Shown: in pieces, positions 32,662-43,412 of the stretch
Layout: every line of letters begins with the position of its first letter
Position numbering within the stretch: the first letter of the stretch is position 1
Source of the DNA: an uncultured delta proteobacterium
GTDB taxonomy: Bacteria > Myxococcota > Myxococcia > Myxococcales > Myxococcaceae
Reading direction: 5' to 3'
DNA length: 64,000 bases
NCBI GenBank assembly: GCA_963776345.1
Contig: CAVZMH010000019.1
Coordinates: 312,884 to 376,883 of the forward strand
The notes under the pieces: model-generated
Database searches by the model: none
What the model saw: only the letters and a program-made list of their open reading frames with translations
What the model was told of the DNA's origin: nothing
Made by a program: the position numbers and the translations under genes

Positions 32662-33354
32662 TCAGAAGGAGAGCCGGGCCGTGAGCCCGGCGTACCCCGG
32701 AGCCAGCGCCGGCAGGAGCTGGAGGCGCGCGCCGGTGGCGCCGTGCTTCTGCGCCAGGCCGCGGTTGTAGTCCGTGGCCAGCCGCACGGTTTCCTCGGGG
32801 GTGGTGACCATCTCCGGGATGAGCAGCGCCCAGGTCAGGAGCGATGCCGCAACGACGACGCCGGCGCCGATGATCAGGCTGCCGGTGAGCGTGGTCTTGG
32901 TGTTGCGGTCGAGGCACTCGTTGTAGCTGACGTTGCCGTTCACGAGGCAGGCCGGGTCGTTGAGGTTCTGGGCGTTGCCGATGACCACCGCGCCTGCCAC
33001 CGTCCCCGCGGCGAGCGTCAGCACCGAGCCGGAGATGAGCCACACTCGCTGCCGGGTGCGCTCGTCCGCCTGGGCGGCGAGGTCCGGCCGCTCGATCCGG
33101 TTGTAGAAGTCGAAGGCGGAGAGCTTCCGGCCGCCCACCGAGGCCTCGTTGTCCCGCGGACTGACGCGGATGAAGTCCCTCAGGAACGCATCCCGGCCCG
33201 GCCCCTCCGGGGGCATGGTGACGCGGGTCGACTCGCCGTGCTCGGCGCCCGGTCCCGTCGACTCGATGAGGATCTCCCCGGCTCCCTGGCTGGACTGGGC
33301 CAGGACCGGCGTGGAACATCCCAGGGCAACGGCGACCAAGAACCCCCGCAGCAT
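32662..33354 (-). CDS. Exported/membrane protein, paralog 1 of 3 (230 aa)
   Basis: Start [12 protein letters not shown] at 33354; same motifs; ends ARLSF. Confidence 0.8.
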   Translation of the reverse strand: MLRGFLVAVALGCSTPVLAQSSQGAGEILIESTGPGAEHGESTRVTMPPEGPGRDAFLRDFIRVSPRDNEASVGGRKLSAFDFYNRIERPDLAAQADERTRQRVWLISGSVLTLAAGTVAGAVVIGNAQNLNDPACLVNGNVSYNECLDRNTKTTLTGSLIIGAGVVVAASLLTWALLIPEMVTTPEETVRLATDYNRGLAQKHGATGARLQLLPALAPGYAGLTARLSF

Positions 33355-33434
33355 CGCGATTCCCACCCGCGCTGTGCTCCCCTCGCGCTGCACCGTTGCA
33401 GATTCACTGCCCTTTCGCCAGCAGTCACGGGAGA

Positions 33435-33463
33435 TTGCAATCCCCGGTCCAGGCGCCTATAAG
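33435..33463 (+). promoter_or_regulatory. Sigma70-type promoter of rpsO
   Basis: TTGCAA-N17-TATAAG about 110 nt upstream of rpsO. Confidence 0.6.
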
Positions 33464-33570
33464 CCCGCGACCCCCGGGTCCGGCGCCTGCACCCCTCCGC
33501 GGACGTCCGAACCTGGCCCAGGGGCGCAGGTCAGGACCATCCTCGGGAGCGGGACGGAGTTGCACCGAAC

Positions 33571-33840
33571 ATGGCAGTCCTCAGCGAGCGCAAGGCGGCC
33601 GTCGTCCAGCAGTACCGCACCCACGAGACCGACACCGGCTCTCCCGAGGTGCAGGTGGCGCTGCTCTCCGAGCGCATCAACATGCTCACCGAGCACTTCA
33701 AGACGCACAAGAAGGACTTCCACAGCCGCCGCGGGCTGTTGAAGCTCGTCGGCCAGCGTCGCCGTCTGCTCGATTACCTCAAGACCAAGGACAACGCGCG
33801 GTACCGGAAGCTCATCGACGGTCTGGGCATCCGGAAGTAG
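33571..33840 (+). CDS. rpsO: 30S ribosomal protein S15
   Basis: [37 protein letters not shown]. Confidence 0.99.
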   Translation: MAVLSERKAAVVQQYRTHETDTGSPEVQVALLSERINMLTEHFKTHKKDFHSRRGLLKLVGQRRRLLDYLKTKDNARYRKLIDGLGIRK

Positions 33841-34049
33841 CAGGAGCAGTTCAACCAACGCCGGCGCGGCACGGAGCGCCGGCGCCTCCCGTCCCAGGGC
33901 GGAGAGGAGTTTCCGGTTTCCGTTCGGAGCCGCCGACCCTCCCGGCGTCGGGCCGTCGGCGGCTGCGGTCAGAGACTGAAAGTTCCTTCTCGCCAGGGCG
34001 CCGAGGCCAACGGACCACAACGGCCGTGCCCAGGGAAGGAACGAACCAC

Positions 34050-36206
34050 ATGCATCTGAAGAAGAGCGTCCGGGTCGGCGAGCAGGAGCTGGTCCTCGAG
34101 ACGGGCAAGCTGGCCAAGCAGGCCGACGGCTCGGTCACGGTGCGCTACGGCGACACCATCATCCTGATCACCGCGGTCAGCGCGAGGGAGAAGAAGGACG
34201 TCGACTTCCTCCCGCTCACCGTCGAGTACCAGGAGAAGCTGTACTCGGCAGGCCGCATCCCCGGGAGCTACTTCCGGCGCGAGGGCCGGCTCACCGAGAA
34301 GGAGACCTTGACCTCCCGGCTGGTGGACCGGAGCTGCCGCCCGCTGTTCCCCGACGGCTACGCCTACGAGACGCAGGTCATCGCCTCGGTCATCTCCTCC
34401 GACTCGGAGAACGAGGGCGACATCCACGGCATCACCGGCGCCTCGGCGGCGCTGATGCTCTCCGACATCCCCTTCGGCGGGCCCATCGCCGGCGTCCGCG
34501 TCGGCCGGGTCGACGGCCAGCTGGTGGCCAACCCCACCGCGAAGCAGCGCGAGACCTCGGACATCGACCTGATCATGGCCTGCAGCCGCGAGGCCATCGT
34601 CATGGTCGAGGGTGGCGCGAAGGAGGTCTCCGAGGCCGACATGGTCGCGGCCCTCGAGTTCGGCAAGGCCGCCACCCTGCCGCTGATCGAGATGCAAGAG
34701 CAGATGCGCCGCGAGCTCGGGGTGGCTGTCCGCGCCTACGAGAAGGCCACCGGCGCGGATGACGCGCTCCGGGAGCAGGTCCGGGCGCTGGCCGCCGGGG
34801 CGATCGCCAAGGGGTACGAGATCAAGGAGAAGCACGAGCGCTACGCGGCGCTCAGTCAGGCGAAGAAGGACGCCGTCGCCGCCCTCAAGGGGAAGATGGG
34901 CGAGGCGTTCACCCCCGCCATCGAGAAGCTGGCAAAGGCGGTGGTCGAGGACCTCAAGTACGACCACATGCGCAACCTCACCGTGAGCGGCGGCCGCATC
35001 GGCGCGCGCGGTCACGACCAGGTCCGCACCATCACCTGCGAGGTGGGGCTCCTCCCGCGGGTGCACGGCTCGGCGCTCTTCACCCGCGGCGAGACCCAGG
35101 CGCTGGTGGCCGTCACCCTGGGCACCAGCGACGACGAGCAGCGCCTCGAGCTGCTCTCGGGCATGACCTTCAAGCGGTTCATGCTCCACTACAACTTCCC
35201 GCCCTTCAGCGTGGGCGAGACCAAGCCGCTCCGTGGCCCGGGCCGGCGGGAGATCGGCCACGGCGCGCTCGCCGAGCGGGCGCTGCGCGGGATGCTGCCC
35301 CGGAGCGAGGACTTCCCCTACACCATCCGCATCGTCTCCGACATCCTCGAGTCCAACGGCTCGTCGTCCATGGCCTCGGTGTGCGGCGGTACGCTGAGCC
35401 TCATGGACGCCGGCGTGCCCATCAAGGCGCCGGTGGCCGGCATCGCCATGGGCCTGGTGAAGGAGGGCGAGAAGATCGCCATCCTCTCCGACATCCTCGG
35501 CGACGAGGACCACCTCGGGGACATGGACTTCAAGGTCTGCGGCACCCGGGACGGCATCACCAGCATCCAGATGGACATCAAGATCACCGGCCTCACCACC
35601 GAGATCATGTCCCGGGCGCTGGAGCAGGCCCGTCGCGGCCGGCTGCACATCCTGGGCGAGATGCTCAAGGCGATCGACGCCCCGCGGAAGGAGATCAGCC
35701 AGTACGCGCCGCGGATCACCACCATCATGATCCGGCCGGAGTTCATCAAGAACGTCATCGGCCCGGGCGGCAAGGTGATCAAGGACATCATCGCCCGCAC
35801 CGGGGCCTCCATCAACATCGAGGACTCGGGCCGGGTGGACATCGCCTCCAACAACTCCGAGGCGGTGCAGCAGGCCATCACCATGATCCAGGCGCTGACC
35901 CGCGAGGCCGAGGTGGGGAAGATCTACCTGGGCACGGTGCGGAAGATCGCCGAGTTCGGCGCCTTCGTGGAGCTGTTCCCGGGCACCGACGGGCTCATCC
36001 ACATCTCCGAGCTCTCGGACAAGCGGGTGAAGAGCGTGTCCGACGTCCTCAAGGAGGGCGACGAGGTGATGGTGAAGGTCATCTCCATCGACCGGAGCGG
36101 GAAGATCCGCCTCTCGCGCAAGGAGGCGCTCGCCGAGCGTGCCGGCGCCTCGGTGCCCCCCGCCCAGGGCGCGCCCGCCGACGAGGCTCCGAAGGCGAAG
36201 GCCTGA
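34050..36206 (+). CDS. pnp: Polyribonucleotide nucleotidyltransferase
   Basis: [43 protein letters not shown] and S1 domains. Confidence 0.99.
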   Translation: MHLKKSVRVGEQELVLETGKLAKQADGSVTVRYGDTIILITAVSAREKKDVDFLPLTVEYQEKLYSAGRIPGSYFRREGRLTEKETLTSRLVDRSCRPLFPDGYAYETQVIASVISSDSENEGDIHGITGASAALMLSDIPFGGPIAGVRVGRVDGQLVANPTAKQRETSDIDLIMACSREAIVMVEGGAKEVSEADMVAALEFGKAATLPLIEMQEQMRRELGVAVRAYEKATGADDALREQVRALAAGAIAKGYEIKEKHERYAALSQAKKDAVAALKGKMGEAFTPAIEKLAKAVVEDLKYDHMRNLTVSGGRIGARGHDQVRTITCEVGLLPRVHGSALFTRGETQALVAVTLGTSDDEQRLELLSGMTFKRFMLHYNFPPFSVGETKPLRGPGRREIGHGALAERALRGMLPRSEDFPYTIRIVSDILESNGSSSMASVCGGTLSLMDAGVPIKAPVAGIAMGLVKEGEKIAILSDILGDEDHLGDMDFKVCGTRDGITSIQMDIKITGLTTEIMSRALEQARRGRLHILGEMLKAIDAPRKEISQYAPRITTIMIRPEFIKNVIGPGGKVIKDIIARTGASINIEDSGRVDIASNNSEAVQQAITMIQALTREAEVGKIYLGTVRKIAEFGAFVELFPGTDGLIHISELSDKRVKSVSDVLKEGDEVMVKVISIDRSGKIRLSRKEALAERAGASVPPAQGAPADEAPKAKA

Positions 36207-36213
36207 GCCAGCC

Positions 36214-36666
36214 GTGACGGCGGTGCGGGTCCAGGTCCGGCGCGTGCGGTCCCACGCCGCGCCGCTGCCGCTTCCGCGGTACCAGAGCGACCAGGCGGCG
36301 GGGCTCGACCTCTGCGCCGACATCGACGCGGACTGGACCCTCGCCCCGCTCGCGCGCCGCGCGGTCCCCACCGGCATCGCCATCGCCCTGCCGGAGGGAC
36401 ACGAGGCCCAGGTACGTCCGAGATCGGGGCTGGCTCTCCGACATGGGATCACCTGCATCAACTCGCCCGGGACCATCGACGCCGACTACCGGGGCGAGAT
36501 CCAGGTCCTGCTGGTGAACCTCTCCGGCGAGCCCTACACGCTCCGCCGCGGTGAGCGCATCGCACAACTGGTCGTCGCGCCGGTGGTCCACGCCGTGCTG
36601 GAGGAGGTGGACACATTGCCCACCACCGTCCGCGGCGAGGGCGGCTTCGGAAGCACCGGGCGCTAA
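36214..36666 (+). CDS. dut: dUTP diphosphatase
   Basis: [37 protein letters not shown]. Confidence 0.97.
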   Translation: MTAVRVQVRRVRSHAAPLPLPRYQSDQAAGLDLCADIDADWTLAPLARRAVPTGIAIALPEGHEAQVRPRSGLALRHGITCINSPGTIDADYRGEIQVLLVNLSGEPYTLRRGERIAQLVVAPVVHAVLEEVDTLPTTVRGEGGFGSTGR

Positions 36667-36751
36667 CGGCCGTCCGCTTCGGCGGCGCAGCGCTGCCTGG
36701 TAGACTCGGGCGGTCTCCTCTCCCCCGAACGCGTTTCCGGAGCCCGCGCAC

Positions 36752-39211
36752 TTGCTCTGCTACCGCTGCGGCAGCCACGTTCCCGATTCGGCCGAGCGCT
36801 GCAACACCTGCGGCCAGCGCCAGGTGGGGACGGCGCGCATGCCGAGCACCACCGGCATCCGCCGTCGCCTCTCGCCCGCGCTGCTCGCCGGCGCGCCGTA
36901 CCGGGTCGGCGACCGGATGGCGGAGCGGTACGTGGTGAAGGACGCCATCGGCCTCGGTCCGCTGGGGTACGTCCTCCGCGCCACCGACGAGCGGCAGGGC
37001 ATCGACGTCGCGGTGAAGATGATCCACCCGCGCTTCGTGCAGACCGCCGAGGAGCGCGAGGCGTTCGCCCGCGCGGTGGAGCCGGCGCGCAAGTTCCTCC
37101 AGCCGTCGCTGGCGCGGGTGCACGACCTCGGCGTCGACCAGGGCTGGCCGTACGTCACCTACAGCTTCCTCGACGGGCTCACCCTGCGGCGGATGATCGA
37201 CTCGCGCCTGGCCAAGGGGCAGACCTTCACCCTGGACGAGGTGGAACCAATCCTCGGCCAGCTCGCCGCGGCGCTCGAGGCCGCGCACCCGGTCGGTGCG
37301 CACGCCGACCTCAAGCCCGAGAACGTGGTCATCCTCCCCGACATGCTCCGGGTGGTGGACTGGGGCGTCGCCCGCGGGCTTCCGCGGCTTCCCTTCGTGC
37401 AGGCGCAGCGGCAGCGGTCCACCCACCGCTACCTCGCGCCGGAGGTGGTGGCGGGCGCGGAGCCCGATCCGCGCGCGGACCTCTACGCGCTCGGGGTGCT
37501 GGTGGGAGAGATGCTCACCGGGCTCACCCCCGACGAGGACATCCCCGAGCTGCGGCTGACCTCCTCCGAGCTCCCCGAGGCGGTGGAGGGCTTCTACCGC
37601 CGCGCACTCAACGAGCGCCCCGAGGCGCGCTTCCGGAGCGTCCGCGAGCTGTACGAGGAGTTCGTCTCGCTGCTCGCGCCGGAGCCCGCGTCCGCCGCGG
37701 TGCCTCCCGAGGCGCCGGTCCACGAAATCGAGGCGCTCGTCGAGCAGGTCGAGGCGCTCGCCGAGCACGTCGAGTCGCCCGGGCCCGTCGCCGCGCCGGA
37801 GCAGGTCCTCGCGCAGCCGGTGGAGCCAGCTCCGGTCGCCGAGCCCATCGCCGCCGCCGCGCTCCCGCGCTTCGACAGCCAGGTCCCGGAGGCCCCCCGC
37901 CACTCCACCCGCGAGGTGGTGGCGCTCGAGCCGCCAGCCTGGACCGGTCCCTCCGCCGCCCCCGCGGAGGCCACCCCCGGCCGGTCCGATTCGGCCGGGT
38001 CGGTGCGCTGGCGCGCCCTGCGGCTCTGGGACGCCGACGAGTCCGGCCCGGACGAGCAGGCGCCCGCGCCGGCTCCGGCGCCCGAGCCCGCCGCCGCCGC
38101 CGAGGCCACCGGGCCCGAGCTTCCGGTGCGCCGCGAGCCCGCGCTGGCGCTGGTCGACACCGCCGCCCTGCCGCGCAACGGGGTCAGTGGGCTCGAGCAC
38201 CCGGACGACGAGGCGGAGCGCGCGGTCGCCAGCCTCATCGAGGTGGACGAGGGCTCCGAGCTGTCCGTCGAGGGAGACGGCGACGAGCCGCTCCTGGCCG
38301 ATGCGCTCGGGGTCGACCTGCTGATCGACGGAGACGAGCCGGGTCCGGCCGCTGCGGCCGAGGCCGACGCCTTGCCCCCCCCGTTGCGGGAGGTTCCGCG
38401 CCCAACGGCCGACACACCGCCGCCGGTCGCCGCGCCGGTCCGCGAGGCGCCGCGGCTCGTTCCCGACTCGCGGCCGTGGGCCACCGAGCCACGTCCAGCG
38501 CCCTTCCACCGCGAGATGCCGGTCGTGCATCCGCTTCCGCCGCCCGTCGCCGCTCCGGCGGCCGGGCTGGTCGAGGCGCCGGCGGCGGCCGCGCTCACCG
38601 CGCTCCCCCCGCCGCCCAGCATCCCGCCGCTGCGGGCGAGCGTTCCCCGGCTGTCCCCGGTCGAGCCGGTCACGCCGCGTCCGTCCACGGCGACGGCGCC
38701 CACGCCCCTCTCGGTCGTTCCCGAGCCGTCCCCCACGCGCCAGGAGAAGGTGGTGGCGCCCCCGCCGCCCGCCGAGGCGCTGAGCCCGGCCCCGGCCCGC
38801 GGCGCCGGGAGCTGGAGCCCGGCGGAGCTGCTCGCCCAGGTCGTCGCCGAGATCCGGGCCGAGGAATACGGCCTGGGGCTTCCCCAGGGCGCCACCTGGG
38901 AGCCGGTTCCCCTGGATGCGACCCAGCCCATCTCCACCGAGGAGGTGGCGGCGCGGGTGGCCGCCGAGACGCGCGGGTTCACCACCGCCTCCGTCGCCGC
39001 GGCCGGCTCCCAGGACGACGAGGATCTTCCTGCGCTCCGTCACGAGGCGGGCAGGGCGGGGATGCGCATGGCGCTCCTCACCGCGGCCGGGATCATCCTC
39101 GGGATGCTGGCCGGCTGGAGCGCGATGAAGGTGCTGTCGCCGACGCGGCCGCAGGCCGAGAGCATCTCCGAGGTCAGGCCGGCGGCGCAGCCGGACGCTC
39201 CCCGCAACTGA
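36752..39211 (+). CDS. Hanks-type Ser/Thr kinase (N-terminal Zn ribbon, Pro/Ala linker, C-terminal TM)
   Basis: CYRC..CNTC, VAVK, HADLKPEN, DWG, YLAPE, DLYALG. Confidence 0.85.
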   Translation: MLCYRCGSHVPDSAERCNTCGQRQVGTARMPSTTGIRRRLSPALLAGAPYRVGDRMAERYVVKDAIGLGPLGYVLRATDERQGIDVAVKMIHPRFVQTAEEREAFARAVEPARKFLQPSLARVHDLGVDQGWPYVTYSFLDGLTLRRMIDSRLAKGQTFTLDEVEPILGQLAAALEAAHPVGAHADLKPENVVILPDMLRVVDWGVARGLPRLPFVQAQRQRSTHRYLAPEVVAGAEPDPRADLYALGVLVGEMLTGLTPDEDIPELRLTSSELPEAVEGFYRRALNERPEARFRSVRELYEEFVSLLAPEPASAAVPPEAPVHEIEALVEQVEALAEHVESPGPVAAPEQVLAQPVEPAPVAEPIAAAALPRFDSQVPEAPRHSTREVVALEPPAWTGPSAAPAEATPGRSDSAGSVRWRALRLWDADESGPDEQAPAPAPAPEPAAAAEATGPELPVRREPALALVDTAALPRNGVSGLEHPDDEAERAVASLIEVDEGSELSVEGDGDEPLLADALGVDLLIDGDEPGPAAAAEADALPPPLREVPRPTADTPPPVAAPVREAPRLVPDSRPWATEPRPAPFHREMPVVHPLPPPVAAPAAGLVEAPAAAALTALPPPPSIPPLRASVPRLSPVEPVTPRPSTATAPTPLSVVPEPSPTRQEKVVAPPPPAEALSPAPARGAGSWSPAELLAQVVAEIRAEEYGLGLPQGATWEPVPLDATQPISTEEVAARVAAETRGFTTASVAAAGSQDDEDLPALRHEAGRAGMRMALLTAAGIILGMLAGWSAMKVLSPTRPQAESISEVRPAAQPDAPRN

Positions 39212-39274
39212 GGCGCCCCGCGCGCGCTCGCCAGCGCTGGCGCGGTCCGTTCGCCTCGGATAAAGCCTGAAGCG

Positions 39275-40594
39275 ATGATTCCCCGCTACGCACGTCCGGA
39301 GATGGTGGCGCTGTGGACCGCGCCCGCCCGGCTCCGCCGCTGGCGCGACGTGGAGCTGGCCGCGCTCGAGGGCATGGTGCACTCGGGCATCGCCCCGGCC
39401 GACGCGCTGGCACAGTGCCGGGCCCGGGCCGGGGACTTCGACGACGGCGACGCCGCGCGCATCGACGAGATCGAGCGCACCACCCGGCACGACGTCATCG
39501 CCTTCCTCACCTTCATGGAGGAGCGGATCGGCCCCGCCGCGCGGTGGCTTCACTTCGGGATGACCTCCTCCGACGTGCTCGACACCTCGCTGGGGATGAT
39601 GCTCCGCGACGCCGCAGATCTGATGGTCACCGGGGTGGACCGGGTGATGGCCGCGGTCAAGACGCGGGCCTTCGAGCACCGGCGAACGGTGATGATGGGC
39701 CGGAGCCACGGCATCCACGCCGAGCCGATGTCCTTCGGGCACAAGCTCGCCATCTGGTATGACGAGCTGCGTCGGGGCCGCGAGCGGCTGGTGCGCGCCC
39801 GGGCGACCATCGCGGTCGGGAAGATCTCCGGGGCGGTGGGCACCTTCGCCCACCTCCCGCCCTCGGTCGAGGAGCACGCCTGCCGGCTGCTCGGCCTGTC
39901 ACCCGCTCCGGCCTCGAGCCAGGTCATCCAGCGCGACCGCCACGCCGAGTACTTCGGTGCGCTGGCGCTGCTGGCGACCAGCCTGGAGAAGTTCGCGGTG
40001 GAGATCCGCCACCTCCAGCGCACCGAGGTCCGCGAGGTGGAGGAGCCGTTCGGCGCCGGGCAGAAGGGCAGCTCGGCCATGCCCCACAAGCGGAACCCCA
40101 TCCTCTCCGAGAACCTCACCGGGCTCGCCCGGCTGATGCGCGGCTATTCGCTCTCGGCGCTGGAGGACGTGGCGCTGTGGCACGAGCGGGACATCTCGCA
40201 CTCGAGCGTGGAGCGGGTCATCGGGCCAGATGCAACCGTGACGCTCGACTTCATGCTGCACCGCTTCGCCGGGCTGGTGGAGCAGATGCGGGTCTCGCCC
40301 GAGCAGATGCGCAAGAATCTCGCGCTGCTCGGGGGCGTGGTGCACAGCCAGCGCGTCCTGCTGGAGCTCGCTCGCCGGGGCGTCGATCGTCAGGCGGCGT
40401 ACGTCATCGTCCAGCGCAACGCGATGCGCATGTACGAGGAGGGGGTCGACTTCCGGACCGCGCTCTCCGAGGACAAGGAGCTGACCAAGCTGCTCACACC
40501 CAAGGAGATCGCCGCCTGCTTCTCGCTCGACGAGCACCTCCGGAACGTGGACGCCATCTTCGAGCGCGTCTTCGGTCCGGACGCCCGCGCCTGA
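39275..40594 (+). CDS. purB: Adenylosuccinate lyase
   Basis: MIPRY, HDVIAF, GRSHGIHAEP, GSSAMPHKRNP. Confidence 0.98.
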   Translation: MIPRYARPEMVALWTAPARLRRWRDVELAALEGMVHSGIAPADALAQCRARAGDFDDGDAARIDEIERTTRHDVIAFLTFMEERIGPAARWLHFGMTSSDVLDTSLGMMLRDAADLMVTGVDRVMAAVKTRAFEHRRTVMMGRSHGIHAEPMSFGHKLAIWYDELRRGRERLVRARATIAVGKISGAVGTFAHLPPSVEEHACRLLGLSPAPASSQVIQRDRHAEYFGALALLATSLEKFAVEIRHLQRTEVREVEEPFGAGQKGSSAMPHKRNPILSENLTGLARLMRGYSLSALEDVALWHERDISHSSVERVIGPDATVTLDFMLHRFAGLVEQMRVSPEQMRKNLALLGGVVHSQRVLLELARRGVDRQAAYVIVQRNAMRMYEEGVDFRTALSEDKELTKLLTPKEIAACFSLDEHLRNVDAIFERVFGPDARA

Positions 40595-40595
40595 G

Positions 40596-40745
40596 CTACG
40601 GCTGCTGGCTCACCACGTCGAGGAAGGTGGTGGTGCGGCGGGTGGCGAGCACCCACAGGCACCGGAGCATGCAGCGGGTCCCGAACTCCCGGTAGATGAG
40701 CCCGAGGTGGCGAACCACGTCTCGATTGGTGATGACACCGCGCAT
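40596..40745 (-). CDS. Small hypothetical protein, 49 aa
   Basis: MRGVITNRDVVRHLGLIYREFG...TTFLDVV; GGAGG SD and a sigma54-like site upstream. Confidence 0.6.
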   Translation of the reverse strand: MRGVITNRDVVRHLGLIYREFGTRCMLRCLWVLATRRTTTFLDVVSQQP

Positions 40746-40783
40746 CTCCAGGGGACCTCCGGAACCGACCGATGCTTCTTCGA

Positions 40784-40799
40784 AGCAATCGGCGGGCCA
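40784..40799 (-). promoter_or_regulatory. Sigma54 (-24/-12) promoter
   Basis: TGGCCCG-CCGA-TTGCT, one mismatch to the consensus TGGCACG-N4-TTGCW. Confidence 0.6.
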
Positions 40800-40935
40800 G
40801 AACTCGAGAGCTGGATTTCCGCGGGGTTCGCTTCGGCGAGCAGGCCGTCCTGACGAAAGGTGTCCCGAACGGCGGGTCCGTTTCACCCAACCGCGCGGGC
40901 GAATGACCCGGGCTCGCGGCGATGGACCCACGTGC

Positions 40936-41892
40936 TCAGAGGTAGCCGTGCGTCTCTAGGTTCTTCCGGATGCGGGCCTCGACGTCGCCCACCACCGGCG
41001 TGAGCGGCGTGCCGGTGATCTCGGCGTAGGCCCGCAGGTAGAGCTCGGCGGTCCGGATGCGCACATCCTCGGGGATGACCGGGATGGGGCCGTGGCCGCT
41101 GAAGCCCTTCTCGCGGATCAGCCACTGCCGGACGGTCTCCTTGTCCAGCATCTCCTGGTCGGTCCCGGCGGCGAGCCGCGCCTCGTAACCGGCCGCCCGC
41201 CAGAAGCGCGAGCTGTCGGGGGTGTGGATCTCGTCGATGACGTAGAGCGCGTCGCCCACCGTCCCGAACTCGTACTTGGTGTCCACCAGCAGCAGGCCCC
41301 GGGTGCGGCACCAGGTCTGTCCGGCGTGGAACAGCGCCAGCGCCGCCTCGCGGATCCGCCCCCAGTCGCGGGCGCCGACGATGCCCCGGCGGACCACCTC
41401 TGCCTCCGAGATCGGCTCGTCGTGCTCGCCCGCCGCCGCCTTGGTCGACGGGGTGAGGATGGGCTCGGGGAACGCCGCGTCCTTCTTCATCTCGGGCGGG
41501 ATGTCGAGCCCGTACCCGGTGTGGGCGCCCTTCTGCACGTCGCGCCAGAGGCTCCCGGTCAGGTAGCCGCGCACCACCACCTCCACCGCGTAGGGCTTGG
41601 TGGCCCGGGCGACGGTGACGTTGGGGTCGGGCATGTCCAGCACGTGGTTGGGGACCACGGACTGGGTCTTCTCGAACCAGAACTGGGCGAGCCGGTTCAG
41701 CACCTCGCCCTTGAAGGGGATGGTGGTCAGGACGCGGTCGAAGGCGCTGAGCCGGTCGGTGGCGACCAGAAACAGCCGGTCGCCATGCCGGTACACGTCG
41801 CGCACCTTGCCGCGGTACCGCTCGCCGAGCGCGTCGAGACGCGTCTCGGCCAGGGTGTGCCCGAGCTGTTCGGAGAGGACCTGGTCCGCCAA
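40936..41892 (-). CDS. purC: SAICAR synthase
   Basis: YRGKVRDVY, ATDRLSAFD, TPSTKA, DTKYEFG, DEIHTPDSSRFW; TTG start inferred. Confidence 0.95.
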   Translation of the reverse strand: MADQVLSEQLGHTLAETRLDALGERYRGKVRDVYRHGDRLFLVATDRLSAFDRVLTTIPFKGEVLNRLAQFWFEKTQSVVPNHVLDMPDPNVTVARATKPYAVEVVVRGYLTGSLWRDVQKGAHTGYGLDIPPEMKKDAAFPEPILTPSTKAAAGEHDEPISEAEVVRRGIVGARDWGRIREAALALFHAGQTWCRTRGLLLVDTKYEFGTVGDALYVIDEIHTPDSSRFWRAAGYEARLAAGTDQEMLDKETVRQWLIREKGFSGHGPIPVIPEDVRIRTAELYLRAYAEITGTPLTPVVGDVEARIRKNLETHGYL

Positions 41893-41900
41893 GGAGCGCC

Positions 41901-42464
41901 TCAGCGGGCGTCGGCGGGCGCCGCCGCGAGGTAGAGGAGGGCGGGGTTCAGCCGGAGCACGCCCTCGGCGTAGGCCGCGGCGTACGGAGCGCCCGCGGCC
42001 CGCTCCACCCGGAGCGCCGCGCGGGGCCGGAGCCCCCAGCGGACGGCCAGGGAGCGGGCGACGATCTCCGCCGCCTCCCGCTCGCTGAGCCCCTGGAGTG
42101 CCTCCCGGCGCTCGAGCGGCCACTGTTCCCCGAGCGAACCGTCCAGGTTGAGCACCAGCGGCTCTCCCCCGTCCGCGACGTCCAGGAGGTCGAGCCGGCC
42201 GTCGAGCGGGGGCGCGGCGCGAACCGTCCCGTTCTGCACGACGGGGAACAGCGCGAGCAGGCCATCCGTGGCGCCGTCCCCGCTCGCCCGGAGGAGGGAC
42301 TGGAACAGCTCGGTCCGGGCCTGTCTCGGGAGCGCCTCGACCTGCTCCGGGGGCTCGAGCAGCACCTGCCGCACCGAGGGCTGGCTGGGTGTAGGCACAC
42401 CCATGCCCACCTCGCCACAGGCGGCGAGCAGGAGGACGGGCAGAAGGAGGGTCAGACGTCTCAT
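41901..42464 (-). CDS. Putative lipoprotein
   Basis: MRRLTLLLPVLLLAAC lipobox. Confidence 0.7.
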   Translation of the reverse strand: MRRLTLLLPVLLLAACGEVGMGVPTPSQPSVRQVLLEPPEQVEALPRQARTELFQSLLRASGDGATDGLLALFPVVQNGTVRAAPPLDGRLDLLDVADGGEPLVLNLDGSLGEQWPLERREALQGLSEREAAEIVARSLAVRWGLRPRAALRVERAAGAPYAAAYAEGVLRLNPALLYLAAAPADAR

Positions 42465-42537
42465 CGGTGAATGCGAACCTGACACCTTACCAACGCCCGG
42501 ATTGGGGGGAAAGTCACGGATGGAGGGCGCCACCAGC

Positions 42538-43266
42538 ATGTTGCTCCGTCGTCAGCTTCGGGTCGTGCTGCACCAGATCCAGTCGGCCGAGAATCTGGGC
42601 GCCGTCGCCCGGCTGCTGGCCAATTTCGACTTTCCGGTGCTCCGTCTGTCCGACCCGCAGCTCGAGGACGTCGACGCGGCGCACCGGACCGCGGTGCATG
42701 CCGGGCATGTCCTGGACTCGGCCGAGCGGATGCCGCGGCTCGAGGACGCGGTGGCGGACGTGGTCTATGTCCTTGGAACCAGCGGCCGCGACGCGTTGCG
42801 GGGACGGGCGCCCGTGACGCCGGAGGAGGGCGTGGAGCGGCTCCGGGCGGCTGCGGCGCGCGGCCCGGTGGCGCTGGTGCTCGGCGGAGAGAGGCGCGGC
42901 CTCTCCGACGAGGAGCTCGCGCTCTGCCAGGACGTGGCGTGCATCCCGGCGCCCGGACCCCAGCCGTCGATGAACCTGGCCCAGGCCGCGGCGGTGCTCC
43001 TCTACCTCGCGTCCCGGTCGGACGAGACGCCGTCGCCCGTGGTCGCCGCCGACCCGGGGGCGCCCCAGGCGTTGCGCGAGGTGCTGCGCCGCCGGATGGA
43101 GCGGGCGCTGCGCGCGGCCGACGGGCTCAATCCCCAGTCACCGCTCCCGGTGCTCGACGAGATGCTCCGGGGGCTGGACCGGGCGCAGCTGTCGCTACGG
43201 GAGGCGGAGCTCTGGGCGGCGGCGTGGAAGCAGGTGGCGCGGGCTGCCGGGGCGCCGGGCGACTAG
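42538..43266 (+). CDS. TrmJ/LasT-family SPOUT RNA methyltransferase
   Basis: ENLGAVAR..NF, LGGERRGLSDEEL, SMNLAQA. Confidence 0.85.
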   Translation: MLLRRQLRVVLHQIQSAENLGAVARLLANFDFPVLRLSDPQLEDVDAAHRTAVHAGHVLDSAERMPRLEDAVADVVYVLGTSGRDALRGRAPVTPEEGVERLRAAAARGPVALVLGGERRGLSDEELALCQDVACIPAPGPQPSMNLAQAAAVLLYLASRSDETPSPVVAADPGAPQALREVLRRRMERALRAADGLNPQSPLPVLDEMLRGLDRAQLSLREAELWAAAWKQVARAAGAPGD

Positions 43267-43412
43267 GCAAGCGGACTCCGCCAGGGCCATCGGCTGCGAC
43301 CGCCCTTGCACCTCACCAGCGGACTGCTCAAGGCGAGGGCCCTGCGACGGTCGCATCGTCCGGGATGGCCGGCGCGCGAGTTTCCAGAGAGAGTTCTCGC
43401 TGGAGACGCAAG

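Noticed and set aside
31898..33319. 473-aa ORF that appears to fuse two of the paralogs
   Set aside because: The upstream half is an off-frame read of the 32662-33354 gene; the real gene starts at 32590.
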